From assembly GCF_036321535.1 (NCBI RefSeq), contig NC_087436.1:109680001-109744000 (forward strand): DNA of 64,000 bases. Direction: 5' to 3'. Source of the stretch: Camelus dromedarius. Its lineage: Eukaryota. Made by a program: the position numbers and the translations under genes. Below, piece by piece: positions 25,545-38,543 of the stretch (within the stretch, counting starts at the first letter, position 1; each line of letters starts with the position of its first letter). The notes beneath the pieces were generated by a model. The model was not told where the DNA came from, did not search any database, and saw only the letters and a list, made by a program, of their open reading frames with translations.

Positions 25545-25990
25545 TTCATTTTGACCCCAACATTTTAGTTCATGGAATCTATCCCAAGTAAATAATCAGA
25601 GAAAGGGCTGAAGATTTATGTACAGGAATGTTCATCATGGTGTTATTTATTACAGCAAAACATAGAGGAAAAATCCCAAATATCTAGCTTTGGGAGATTT
25701 ATTAAATAAATCACGGTCTATTCATACAATGGAATTTGTTCAATAGCGAAATGATATTTTTAGAAGGCTATTTCATGATATAATGTTGAGTAAAGAAAGC
25801 ATGATTTAAAACTGCTTTTGTAAGTATAATAAAACATTTAAAGAATTTTGTCAATTACCAACTAAAGCAAATATACTCAATATGCTTTCATTCCTTTTCA
25901 ATGCTGGGATATAGAATTTTTTTAAAATAATGTTTCCTACTTGAATTTAGTAAGCCTAAAATGTTTCATTATCAGGACAAGAAAAATACA
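25545..25990 (+). mobile_element. Ancient L1ME 3' fragment
   Basis: tttgaccccaacattttagttcatggaatctatcccaagtaaataatcaga...aagatttatgtacaggaatgttcatcatggtgttatttat...aaataaatcacggtctattcatacaatggaat. Confidence 0.75.
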
Positions 25991-26073
25991 CATAATTTTT
26001 GAAAAAATAAGTTTTGTCTGTTGATATTACAGAACTGAATATAAGTTCCACCACCTTTTTTACCATTAAAAAG

Positions 26074-26132
26074 CATATATATATGTATTATATATATGTA
26101 TTATATACATATATATGTATTATATATATATA
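26074..26132. repeat. (TA)n compound microsatellite with repeated tatatatgtatta units
   Basis: Directly visible. Confidence 0.9.
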
Positions 26133-26480
26133 TTCTGGTTTATCAGAATGAATTATCTGAATTATCTTTATCCTTTTTAATTTATTATTCATTGTTGCCA
26201 AGTTGATAAGAGTGATCTTCATGAATTGAGAGGAAAGAATGGGATTTTCCAAGCAGTGGTACAATCATTTGTCACATGAAAATTCTTCCCAAGACCTATT
26301 CCTGGAATGATTGTATTAGTTAAATATGTCCTTCAAGCAAACACTGACTATTAGCATTTAGTAAACAAGAGACAACATTTTCAATATATTTGCAAAATCT
26401 TCTGTTAACGTGTTACTTATTATAAAAGAGTTAAAATATGTATGTAATAATCTTTGCTTTACTTATATTGCAGTTTAAAT

Positions 26481-26662
26481 TTGGATTTTTCAACATTAAC
26501 ACTATTGACATTTTGGGCTGGAAAAGTCTCTGTTGTGGGGATCTATTCTGTGCATTGTAGAGTATTGAGTAACATTCCTCCCCCAGTTGTGGAAACTAAA
26601 AATGTCTCCAGACGTGGTCAATTTTCTCCTGGGGCAAAAATTCCCCCAGTTGATAACCACTG
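26481..26662. mobile_element. MER20 hAT-Charlie DNA transposon
   Basis: tttcaacattaacactattgacattttgggctggaaaagtctctgttgtgggg...cccccagttgtggaaactaaaaatgtctccagacgtggtcaattttctcctggggcaaaaattcccccagttgataaccactg. Confidence 0.9.
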
Positions 26663-28544
26663 AATTAAACAATAGGTGTGTGACTGAGACATAAGTATGT
26701 TAACTGGAAAATCTCTGTGGTCTCATTTTCTAAATTATTTCATTTAGTTCTTGTGAAAATAACGTTTATTTTCATTTTCTGTTGTTTTGATTGTGCTAGT
26801 TATATCTGGACAGTCAATCTTGTTTGAAGATGTCTAATTCAAACAAATAACTATTTCAGAATTTAATCGAGTGGAAGGGCTGGTAATTAACTGCTTATCT
26901 GATTTTAATCATTTTCCTTCCCAAATCAGTTTGCATGTAGAAAAATACTCAATCTAACACATCATAAAATATTCCAATCCATGAGTTACTCAGTTTTCAT
27001 GGTGGAATAAGCTTAGTGCAGTAATAAAAAAAAAAATCCATGTGTCATCTGTCTGTGTAACTTTGGGCAGATCACTAAATTTCTCTTGAATCTATTCTCT
27101 TCATGTATAAAAAATTGGAGTTGATATCAACATCCTTCAAAGATTTTGAGAGTTAAACAAAAAAGAGCCAAACATCAGTACATACAACATTAAATCGCCT
27201 ATTAAATCTACTATTTTGCAGATACAGCAGCGTGAGGTCACCCAAAGAGATCACGAGCGTTAGAGGAGGGAAGTACTGAGAACTGGCCTGTGAGGGAAAG
27301 TTTCTCTCATTCCTGATTGCTTTTCATTTACTTAGTGCCAGCAGAGACTGATTCTCATCCATTCTCATCCAGGATTTTAACATATCTGGTTTTAAAGAAA
27401 TTTTCTTTGATGCCAACTGTGCTCTGACTACTCAACTTTGTTAAGGGATGACATTATAGTGCTATCCACTGATATCCATAAAGAAAGAAGAAGAAGAAAA
27501 AGCTTTGATTAAAGTTAGTGTAGCTAGAGAAAAATAGCTAGCAACCAATTACCTCACACTTCTTAAAAGATCCCCCAGTTCATTTCTTGTTATTTTGGGT
27601 ATGGGTGAAAAGAGACAGCACCCAAAATCACCTTTATGTCACTTGGCCAAGAGCTCAGCTTCCTAAGTGTAACTGAAATCAGCATAACTCCTTTTCAAGC
27701 CAAGAATTAAGGCAGTAAATTCAGCCATCAGTTCCCATTGCATGTGATGTGTAATCTAACAAATTTTCGAACAAGCACTCTGGAAACAATTAAAAGTAAG
27801 CAAGCTGCCCTGATCAAAGGCTGCTGATGTTTTGAATTGCATTTTGGTCACCCGCAACTAGTCTTCCAGAATGTGCCTTGCCCTGTTGAGTCCTGGAGCA
27901 TTAAAAAAAGAAAGTTTTAGCCCTCCTGCCCAGGGTGAGTTTAAGGCTGTGGGTCATTAGGAAGCAAACACATTAGGACTAGAAAAATAATTGTTTGGTT
28001 TATAGTCACTTGGGGCTTCAGCTTGAATCGAACCTCAGCTGCAGCGTGGTTGAAGCGTGTGCAATGGTTTAGAAGAACTGTTTGCCAATATGTCACTGTC
28101 AGAAGCATATGTGATGTTATTAACTTCCCAAACATGCAATTTGTGCTAATTTCAAAAAGACAAATACCATCACATATGCAAAATGTATTTGGGTTTCCAT
28201 GCAAACCTGGGGGATATAAATAAACATGTTTCGTGTATTCATTCCAACTCTGCAAATCCTCTCTGTTCTGGACATAATTTGGGATCATGGGTAGTCTTGA
28301 TCTCATGGTTAGGGGTCCTCCACATTTGACAATGCATGGCTGGGGAGCAGGGGGCTGGTTTCACTCTGGGTCCACTCAAGGAATGCTTAAACGCTGACTT
28401 TAGACAAGACCCCCACTTTGATTCACACATGGATTTTTGGTGTGGAGAAATCTTAATGTGATACAACAATTAAAAAAAAAAAAGACAAGACAAGGCCTAT
28501 TGGCCCACATCCATGTCAGTAAACATGCACTCATTCAATTGTAG

Positions 28545-28725
28545 TGATGGAAGGAAATGTAGCTATCCAGTCCAAACCCTCATTTTACAGAAGAGGAGAT
28601 CATGGCCAAAATAATTTGAGATAATTTGCCAATGGTCTGAGAGTTAATTAGTGGCAGATATGGAACTGGATCCTGAGTGTTTGAATTCCTACTAACATTG
28701 TTTCCACAGAGCCATATTGCCTCCA
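28545..28725 (-). mobile_element. MIR/MIR3 fragment
   Basis: atccagtccaaaccctcattttacagaagaggagat...ataatttgccaatggtctgagagttaattagtggcaga. Confidence 0.7.
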
Positions 28726-28999
28726 CAGTAAAGAGATGAAAAGTTAAAAAAAGGAGAAGTCCAAGAAATACTAGCTATGCAAAAAACAAACAAGTAAACA
28801 AAAAAACTAGACTTGAGTTACATATAAGCAAATTACAAGCACCTGAGATTTACAGAGTTCACTACATTGTTACTAAAATTTAGCCTTCAAAAGTTCTTAA
28901 TCATCAGACTTGAACCCAAACATTGTAACTACTGAATGGCCCTTTAAAATGAAATGAATTACGTGGTAGTTTGAACAACTGATCCCAATTCTTCATTCT

Positions 29000-29375
29000 T
29001 ATAGAGTATGATTACTCATCTTCACACTTGCCATGGATGTGTGGTGGGTGCAGTATTCTTTCCTGTGAAAGACTTTGGGCTTGATGTGTTGGGTTGTCCA
29101 AAGGTTTGGATGTTGGCAGATGTGATGGCGGAGACTTGATGTGTACTTGTACAATTGGACGTGTCCTCATGTGTTCCTGCCTTTCCCTATGAAAACATAC
29201 CTGAAGTAGCCAATGATCTAATCCAGAGTCAAGTGCAGCCAGGAGCAACCTAGATCAGCTGAACCCCACCTGACCACAGATGTGTGAGTGAGAAATCATT
29301 GCTTATTGTGAACGTCTCTAAGATTTGGAAGTAGTTGGCTAAATGGCATTATTATGGTAATAATGGCTGATGCAC
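29000..29375 (+). mobile_element. Old MaLR LTR (MLT1I/J-like)
   Basis: gactttgggcttgatgtgttgggttgtccaaagg...cctagatcagctgaaccccacctgaccacagatgtgtgagtgagaaatcattgcttattgt...ctaagatttgg...gcattattatggtaataatggctgatgca. Confidence 0.75.
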
Positions 29376-30429
29376 ACAACATACGTCTACTTAATGTGAC
29401 ACTCCATTTCTTAAGGTAGATAGTAAATTGAGTCTTGAGTTCAAAGACCCAGAGTTAGGTAGTAAATATCAGCTCAAAAACTATGTAATATATTTTTTAT
29501 TTTACTGGGTTTTTTTTCCCAGTTTGTCATCTTTCTCCCTTATCATAATGTATGATTTCTGAAGATAGGAATTTTTACCTGTTTTATTTTGTTTTATTTT
29601 GTTGTTATTGTTTTTCCATCATATAACTAATGTCTAAGAGTACCCAGCACATGTAGGTTCTGAACACAAAATGTCAAATGAACAAATTCATAGAAAGTTC
29701 AGGGTGTGTAGAAGAGGAACACACTTGCCTTATTTGAGACTTTGACGTCTCCACTAAGGGATTCACTCCTATACTGAAGTTTGAAGCATATTTAAAAATA
29801 AGCCCTGTGTGGAAAGGCAAGGGCTGTTCTAGAACAGTCAGCGAGCCCTGGGACAGGTGGTGTGTACACACAGAGGCAGCTCAGTACCAACTGCCCGTGT
29901 CGATGTTTTAAAGATGGAGCTATTTTTCATACAGGGTTTTATTTCTGGATGCTTGTTCCTCACCTAGGCTTATTATCAGAGCTAGTAGACAAATAAATGC
30001 TATTTTTCCCAAGCAGAGTTTTGAGGAAACTCACTCAGATGTGGCACCAAAGGAGAAATCCTATGTGATAAGGATGAAAACTTAGGAATTCAAAGTAAGA
30101 AAGGTGGCCCTGCTGGGTGGGGTGAAACATGGGTCCGGGGAAACAAGCTAAGCCTAGAGAGACATTCCGAGACTCACATCCAGGTGTCTGGGTTACCTTG
30201 AATTTGAGCTTCAGGTTACAGTTGGCCTTGAAATGAGAACTCTGGGTGGGAACCATCACTTTCAGAGCTGAGGGAGGCAGCTTGTTTACGGTGGTGACCT
30301 GCTTCCTTGGAAGAGAGAAGGTACATTGAGGCATGAATGAAACTATCCAAGCAGAATGATTGGATCAAAGCTCTTTATATTTTAATTATAAATGGAGGAT
30401 ATTTTAGTAATAATTTCACAATTATTTCT

Positions 30430-30715
30430 TGAAAGCTTACTCTCTTGGGGTTTAGCTGGTCTCATTTGATCCTTACAATAACCTCATGGGGCAGAGAGAA
30501 TTTTTAAATTGTTTCTGTGAGGAAAATGAAGTTAGAGAGGTTAAAGTAAACTGTCTGACATCGCTCAGCTAGAAAGTGGAAAAGCGGAAAACACTCATTC
30601 ATTAAAAAATTTTTCTCATTTGGTAACAAACATTGAGCACCTGCTAGCTCTCTGAGAGCCCTAGAAATGTGAACGAAACTGACAAACACTTGCCCTCGTG
30701 GATCTACAACTGAGT
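30430..30715 (-). mobile_element. MIR fragment followed by L2 3' end (both minus)
   Basis: ctcatttgatccttacaataacctcatggggcag...gaggaaaatgaagttagagaggttaaag; then cattgagcacctgctagctctctgagagccctag...cttgccctcgtggatctacaactgag. Confidence 0.65.
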
Positions 30716-32364
30716 ATGTTCTAAACTCAAACACAGGCTGCTGGGCACATGAGCCCACTCTTCTCATGATGAAGCTACAGACGAGAAGGAAGAGAAAGGG
30801 GATGAATGGGATGGGAATAGAGGAGAAAAGAACCATTAGCAGCTGCTCTTCTCCAGACAGAAAAGGCATGAGAAGGTAATGATTTGCCTTGTCCCAACAG
30901 CTAGTGAGAATTCACTAATGTATCTAGCCCGTCCACTCAGCAAACATTGATGGGGTGCTTCCTTGCTATGATTCTGGCCCTGATGGAGGTGTTGGGGATA
31001 CAGGAGTAAGGCGGACACTGAGTGAGTCCTTCAGTATTTTCAGGCAGTAATAGAGATCGTAATAAAGAGTGACAGGGTTTTTTGAGAGCAGCCTTAGGAG
31101 CGGGTCAGTGGAAGGTATCTCAGAGCCAAGGCCTGAATACAAGAAGTTATTTCTGGAAAAGTTGTTCCAGGCAAAAGAGAGAGTAAATAAAGGGTTCTAG
31201 GCAAAACAAAACAAAACAAAACAAACCCATTAAAACCTGTTTCAGTAACAGAAGTGTGGTTGGAGTTAAGGGTGTGTTCAACAGGCAAGGAGGTAGCCTG
31301 GTAAGACAGTGTGGGAGTAACCTTGTCACTTTCTACCTTGCTGGTCACAGTGAGGGACCACTTGTATGGAGAGATGATGGAGTATTTTTCTCTTTACATT
31401 ATTGTGATTTCTCTACTGGAAAGCTCCACACCACAGGAAATATAATAGTATTTATGATCTGACCTTTAGTAGATTAATAAAAACATCACCTGTTAAGCCC
31501 AGGAGGAGATTGTCTTCAGAAGCATTATGTTTCCGCTATTGAAATACTCCATATTTGGTCAATATTTGGGGAACCCACAGCACTAGCTGTGGCCAAGTGT
31601 TCTTTTGTGTGTTGTGCGTGATTTTGCAATCGGAGACGACATAGGGCTTTTTTTGATAAGATCGTTAATGGTTTTTCTAGTTGTTATTAATTGTTTTTCA
31701 TCCATTTATAAATTGTGCCTCTGCAAACTGGCCCCAGGGTATAAGTAGAAAAATTGAGCGTTGATTATTATAATAAGTAAAGTATTATTAACGAAAGCAA
31801 TTACAGTTAATAGCTTCAACCAAGGAAAACAAAATGATAGCCTTTAGTGCTTTCCCACTGAGTAAAACAGATTAAATCACTTGCAGAAAATAAAAATCTT
31901 TATTCTGGGTTCCACCAAACATTATAACTAGACATCGCCTTTGGAAAGTTCTATCTCCTTTGTTTAGAAGTAGGAAACGAAGGCCTGTGCTATGCAAAGT
32001 CATTGCTAAGTATTTGCTCAGGTGGGGCTAGATCAAGCATTCAGGATTTCAGTCTAGGGGTTATTTGTCCCACGTTCCAGATAAACTCACTGAGATTCAG
32101 AGACTTTATCTAACTTAATCTTATTTGTAACCTGAAAGCAATCCAGTGGAGCGTCAAAGGCAAATCAGTTTTCCTTTGCTCAGGCTTTTTCTGAAGTCTG
32201 TCATCCAGTAATGTTATGTGACATTACAACATTTCTGATAGAATCAAAATGAAAATTCTTGTATGTTAGATTTCTCATTTATTATGATTTCCTACAGAAG
32301 GCAGTGTCAAGGTATTTACCTTTATCATGTCTAATAGCATGATCAGAGAAGGCTGAGAGTGATT

Positions 32365-32500
32365 AAGGAGCTCAGATTTTCTCTAGGAAAGTGAGGCTCA
32401 GAGAAGTCTGGGGATTTGCATCTAATCACATAGCTCTTAATGAGGGACTTGATATTTGAACTCAGATCTTTGTCTCCAAACTTCACTCTCTTGCCAAGAG
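32365..32500 (-). mobile_element. MIR fragment
   Basis: ttttctctaggaaagtgaggctcagagaagtctgggatttgcatctaatcacatagct...gatatttgaactcagatctttgtctccaaa. Confidence 0.7.
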
Positions 32501-34259
32501 AACTCAAGGTCACTTTCTACAAAAGGCTTCCCTTTTCACTTAACAGCTTATTTCTTTTGGAGGACGAGGTTAGCTCAGAATATCTGCCAGGAGATCTGCT
32601 CCCAGTTCTTTCGATGTAATAGAATCTGTATTTCCCAGGACCTGACCAGTCACTGGTTTTTTATGGGATACTAATTGTAGTATAATAACCCACATTTCAT
32701 TGACTTTTGCCCCTGCTTGTTCACATCATTCCCAGCAAAGTCTTCTCACTTATGTTTGGAAGTCCGGTTTATGAGCTCAGCTAAACTCACATCTCAGCCT
32801 TTACTTACATGCTCCCAGCTCCCTTGTGAGTATCCTCCGTGGTCTGCAGGTGATTCCCCAGCATCATCTTTACAGATAATCTTTGGCACCTGGTATTCCC
32901 TGTGGGAGGACCCCATGTGCCAGGGGACAGCCCTCCTTCCCTCCAAGTTCCAGTCCTTAGGGAAAAGGGGCCAGCTGAGAATTAAATTATAAGCTTGTTA
33001 ACATTTTGATTGGAGCATCCAGTTGTTACTCACAGCTTTAAGAAGTGCCCTAAGGTATTGGTCCTATGTTGAAACTACCAGGAGCCCCATAAAGGGCTGC
33101 CTTTATCACCCACCCAACCTTAGATGGAGAAAGAGGTCTGAACAGAGAGAACGGAGACCAGCAGCCAGCCGTGCTCAGTCTGCTTATCTCCAAGAGTGTG
33201 AGCTCAAGGTGACCCCATCCTTCCCTGAGAACAGGCAATTCAAGGCAAAGCAGAAACAAAAACATACAAGAGAAGGAATGGCCTCGCGGCCTTTCAGTTA
33301 GAAACTGCACAACATCTATGCGCACAGACTGAGTGACGTCAGCCTCTCTCCATTTCCAGCCATCAGATATCTCACTCCTTCCAACAAGAAAGGCAGTGGA
33401 GGGGGTGATGGTGGAGAGACAGAGGTAGAAGTAAACAGACACTCTTCAAATAGCCCTTCCTGGAGAAGGTACAGTTTCCTTCTTCAGGGAAAACCTGAGG
33501 GCATTTCCAAAGCTTCTGGTGCCCACATCGCCCCAATTCCTACAGGTCTTACTGGGCAGCTGTCAAACCCTCCTCCTCAACTGAGGGGGGAGAACACTGT
33601 TCCCAGTTCCATGTGGCCCTTCTTCACCGGTGTCCTGAAGCAGCACCTCCTGGCCTCCCACAGCGTCATTTATGGAAGGATTGCTGGGGAATGCTGCGTT
33701 CAGACAACTTGGAAGTGGACCTCATGGCCGGGCAGGCAACTGACCCAGTCCTCCAGGAGGCCCCACCTGTCCCAAGGTAACAGAATCTTTCTTCTCCTTC
33801 ATTCCAAACCACAGCCCCGGCCCCCTGTTGTCTCCATCATGCCTTACCCTACAAATCAGCTCAGGCAAATGAAGTCCTTCCAGAACTTCCCCTGGCCTGA
33901 AACGTGTGGTCACCACAGCCTAGCCTCAGGCAGAGATCACACGGTAGCCAGCTCCGGGATGCGGTCTGCCTTCTCCCTCCTGGCCAGGTGCTCAGCCCTT
34001 TTGTCTAAGCCCTGAGTTCTCTTCTTACTCTTTAGGAAATCAGAACTTGGTCATTTCTCTTCACTCTTTCCTTAATTCTTTGCCACATCATTCACCGTGG
34101 CTCTGTTTTACTTGGAAAAACACAAACAAACACACACAAACCTCAAACAGCCCTCAAATCAGAATAAAATTGCTTGCCCAGGGTGACCTTTCATGCTTTA
34201 TTTTCTACCTCAAAGCCTGTGGCGTACGGCCATCCCCCCCACGCTCCTGTTTGCTTGCT

Positions 34260-35000
34260 TACTGGTCAGTGATCACCAGCGATCCTGGTCTCTGTGTTCC
34301 TGCAACGGGCACTCAAAATGCAGACAGATACAGCTCAGACCCTGCCCTCAAGGCATGGACACCTAACTTCAGAGACAGGCAGGCCAACACATACTTGAGA
34401 TAAAGTGTGGATCGTGCTGTGTGTGGGGTAGGAACCAAGTAAAGAGGTCGCATAGCTGGTTGCTAAGGGCATGCTTTCTGAGTTCAGATTCCAGCTCTGT
34501 TATGTACACGTAGTGTGATCCTGGGCAGGTCATTTATCCTCTGTATGCCTCCTTCTCCTCACCTGTAAAATGGAGATAATATGAGCAGCTACCCCATAGG
34601 ATCCTTGTGAGGAGTGACTGAGTCAATTTATAAAACATGTCTTAGAATTGTGCCTGGTACAAAGTAAGTGCAAAGAGGGTTTGCTTTTATTAAATGGTGG
34701 CGCATGGTAGAGTCAGTGATGAACTGGGGCAGACTGGAGGCTGCCCGTGGATGTCTTTCTGTGAAAGAGAACATTCGAGCTGTATTTTGAGAGACGAGTG
34801 GAACTTTGCCACGCAGGTGCGATGTGGCTGGGGTTCTGGTCAGAGAAGAACACGTGTCAAAGGATGAAGTGTGACGAAGGCTAGTCCGAACTGTGTGCTG
34901 AGTGGAGGGGGGCTGGTGTGGGGGAAGGGGAAAGCACTGATGGCAGGAAAGGAAAACAGGAAATGGAGCCCGAGTGTGGAGGTTTCACAGGCGTGGTGGA
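34260..35000 (-). mobile_element. L2 fragments interrupted by a MIR
   Basis: agacagatacagctcagaccctgccctcaaggcatggacacctaacttcagagacaggcagg...; resumes after ~34700 (gaaagagaacattcgagctgtattttgagagacgagtggaactttgcca). Confidence 0.55.
34445..34695 (+). mobile_element. Near full-length MIR
   Basis: gcatagctggttgctaagggcatgctttctgagttcagattccagctctg...gtgtgatcctgggcaggtcatttatcctctgtatgcctccttctcctcacctgtaaaatggagataat...cttagaattgtgcctggtacaaagtaagtgc. Confidence 0.9.
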
Positions 35001-36791
35001 CAGATGTTGGCATCTCACCCACAGAAAACAGGGAGGTTGGGGAGTGCTGGGCAGATTTGCTTTGTCAAACTATGACTAGCGGTGGGGATGGTTTTCTCTT
35101 CACGAGTCACGGAGTGGGGAGGAAGGACATACTTTTCCTTCTAAGGATTCATTTCCCTTGAGGTGTGTCCGTTTTCCTCTTTGAGGAAGGGCTCGTAAAA
35201 GCCAGCAAATTCCTGCCAGTCACCATGGGTTACATAAATGAACTCATTTTCTGGCCATACTCATATTTCAGATTGTTTTTCCTCTCCTCCCTCCAAAATA
35301 TTCTGAAAGTTTCCCATCGAACTTTTTGCCTTGGTCATGTTATTTCTTGAACTTCCTTTTGGGCAGGCATCCAAACCTCACGGTAACCAAGAAGAGGCTA
35401 CAAGGTTTAGACATGATCCCTCCTGCACCGTGACTCACAGATGGAAAGCGCCTTTTCTCCAGTGAAAGTATTGTCAGACTAACATCTGATCCAGGACTTG
35501 AACTAGTGAAGATTACTGGAACTCGTTGGAAAACTGAGCATGCTGCTCCTTTTAACACAAAGTGGAGGTACCCTCGTGCCTGTGATGAGAGCTTTCTCAC
35601 TCCCCCGGTCTGTTATTTGATCTTGTTCTTTTTCATCCTGACCGTATAAGGATTGGTAATAGATTTGTTGAGCATGACTCATCACACACGGTGCACCTCT
35701 CTGTATAATGCACCAGAGCTTCCAAAACAGCCATGTCTTAGTGATATCAAATGCCATTACACTGTCAATAAAGTGTTGGGAAAATACAGTGGGATGACCT
35801 CATTGTCCACGTGTGGATGGGCCCCTGTGTGAGATCGCCGTTTAAGTCTTACCTCTGGCCCAGGTTAGAATGTTTTCATGCCCTCCTGCATGTACACACA
35901 TGTGTTTGGCAGCAGAAATATGGATATGGCTGTCATATTCTTAAGAAGGGTTCTTTCTTTTTTTTTTTTTCCCACCTGTTGTAGAGTTCATTTCTTTAAG
36001 GATTTTTAGTTCTGTTTCTATATTGAACTAGACACACTTTCTGTGAAATCTTTCCCCTCCCTCCCAACTCTACTGAAAAAAAAAAAGAACAATATGAAAT
36101 AATTTTTTTAGTAGGTGTTTAATTAAGTGACTTATAACAGTATGCACAAATCAAGGAGAAAAATCCTGGCATCACCAGATACTATATTTACAGATATGAT
36201 AGTGTGATGTCTAACAAGGACCACATTTTATTTTCCTGGTACTCAGCACAGGGATGAACACATAGAAAGATTTGATGAGTGACGGAATTAATGATTTCCT
36301 AGACTATCGGGCTTAGGAGGCCATTTACATATCAGATAACGAAATAGCCTACCCAATTCTGGATCTGTAATTCCTATCAAAGGGTCATCTGGGTCAGCCT
36401 GCATGCCCTCAAGAGCTTTGGTTCGTTAACTCCCCAGGTACAATCAGGATTTGGGTAAGTCTGGCTGTTACAAAGTTCTTGCTTATATTAAAGTTCAGAC
36501 CCCTACTGTTTACAACTATTGATCTGTACTCTACGCTTGTACCTTTGATAAATGCTTAGCTTAACAATTCAGGTCAGTTACAAAAATCAGTTCCTTGTCA
36601 GCGAAACAACCAGAGGGATCCATGATATATAGACCCAGTATGAGTATTTCCTGTGAGGTGCACTTACTCTCAAAAAAAAATCAGTGACTACTTTTTATCT
36701 ATTAACCATTTGAAGCTTATTTATTTAAAGTATGAAATATCTTCCTCTTGCTCTTGTTTTCAAGTTTTTTTTTCTTCTGGATTTTACAGAC

Positions 36792-37032
36792 ACTGTCATC
36801 CTTTGGTCTTTAGGGAACTGATTTCAAGATACCTCGCAGACACCAAAATCTGCAGATGATCAAGTCACTTATATAAAATGACTTAGTGTTTGCATATAAT
36901 CTATGCACATCCTTTGGCATACTTTCAATTATCTCTACATTAATTATAATACCTAATACAATCTAAATGATACGTAAATAGTTGCCAGCTCATGATAAAT
37001 TCAAGTTTCGCTTTTTGGAAATTTCTGGAATT
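36792..37032 (+). mobile_element. MER2B-like Tigger (Tc1/mariner) DNA transposon, truncated
   Basis: cagacaccaaaatctgcagatgatcaagtcacttatataaaatgacttagtgtttgcatataatctatgcacatcc...ttataatacctaatacaat...aaattcaagtttcgctttttggaaatttctggaa. Confidence 0.88.
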
Positions 37033-37234
37033 TGGGGGGACTCTATGCTTTGTAATGTCTTAATTTTCTTTTGATAATATCAGTTTTATATACTCTACAT
37101 GAGGAAGATGACTCATATTTTGTGATCTAAGATCTCCACTAGAGCATGATGGCATATTAATTTTTCTATATATTTCCATTGATTTTAATTGCACTGGCAA
37201 GCAAAAAGAAGCAACAGAACTTAGGGGTGATAAG

Positions 37235-37455
37235 CTTGGGTTCAGTCCTTCTTGATTAGAAATCTGGCTCTGCTTCCATCTGTGTAAACTTAAGTAAGTC
37301 ATTTTACTTCTCTTTCTCGTAATTTTCTAATTCATAAAATGTTTAAAACCCACTGGTAGAGCCATACTGTGAGCATTAAACAATTTAATTCCCATAAAGT
37401 GCTTTTAAGAGTAACTGCTCTAAACTAAGCAGTCTATAATTGCAAACAGTTATTT
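37235..37455 (+). mobile_element. MIR SINE
   Basis: gattagaaatctggctctgcttccatctgtgtaaacttaagtaagtcattttacttctc...ttcataaaatg...tgtgagcattaaacaatttaattcccataaagtgctt. Confidence 0.7.
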
Positions 37456-37877
37456 AGTGCCTTGGCTAAAATCCCTTTCTATCATCTGTCATTTATATTT
37501 CTCTCCATAATTCTACAATGTCTGGACTGGTTTTACTACCAGGAGCCACAGGAAAACAAAATCATTGGAAATCTCTGTACAATCTTTCTTTAATTCACAC
37601 GTCATCATTTCTTCTTGCCTCCAAGAACAGGATGCACCTTCTTATGAGGAAGCCAGGTTTCTAGAGGATTAGAAAAGGGTCCTCTTTAATCCAAATTATT
37701 TCATCTTATGACTAAGCCAAGATGAAGGCCTCCATTAAAATGTTCCCTGGAATAAGTTATAATACCACCATATTGGGAGCATTTACTATGTGCTGAATAC
37801 CAGCGTACAACTCTAAGTACTTTACGTGGGCTAACTAACTTTATTCTTAAACAGCTCGATGAATTAGCCGGTATCAC

Positions 37878-38472
37878 TGAGATAGGAGGGAAGGGGGCAA
37901 GACACAACCATTGAAGGAATTACACAGCAATTGAGGACTGGAGAAACTGGTTAGAAACAAGATGGCGGAAAGTTTGACTTCCAGTAGACCTTGAGCCTCA
38001 TGGCACACCCACAGGCACCATGACAGTTCCCAGGCTGACCATAAAAGGTCCAAAAGTGGGTGGGAGGTACAGTTCCTGGAAATCTTTGCCCCTTCCCCAA
38101 CATAGTTGGAATAATTCTCCTACTCATTAGCATATGAAATTACTCAGTTCATAAAAACTAATGACCACATACCCTGTGGTCACTCTCTTTCTTGCCTTCT
38201 GAGATGGCCTGCACTCTGTCTGTGGTGTGTGTATCTGCTTTTACTTTAAATGAAACACTCCCACACCTCATGGTCTCTCTTCCTCTTGACTTCTGAGATG
38301 GCCCATATTCTGCCTCTAAAATATCTGTCTCCTAAGCAGCTCTGTTCTGAGTGAGACAGACCACATTCTGTCTATGGAGTATGTATTTCCCTCAGCAAAT
38401 ATATTTTCACTTTACTAAACCTCGCTCCTGAATTCTTTCTTGCATGAGACCAGAACCTATTTCCCAGTAACA
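37878..38472 (+). mobile_element. MER41-like ERV1 solo LTR (595 bp)
   Basis: TG...CA ends and 4-bp TSD tcac (37874-37877 / 38473-38476). Core cacccacaggcaccatgacagttccc...ttcctggaaatctttgccccttcccc...gaataattctcctactcattagcatat resembles MER41 U3. TATA-like cataaaaa at ~38150. Confidence 0.85.
38073..38081. promoter_or_regulatory. GAS motif TTCCTGGAA (STAT1/3/5-type) within the LTR
   Basis: Exact TTC-N3-GAA match at the position where MER41 LTRs carry their GAS motif; function untested. Confidence 0.45.
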
Positions 38473-38543
38473 TCACTATCCCCATTTCATAGACCAGACG
38501 CACAGAGAGGCTGGGTAGATACCCTAAAAATGACTTCTGATAG

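Noticed and set aside
35441..35567. Open + frame DGKRLFSSESIVRLTSDPGLELVKITGTRWKTEHAAPFNTKW as a coding exon
   Set aside because: Weak splice sites and no recognisable homology
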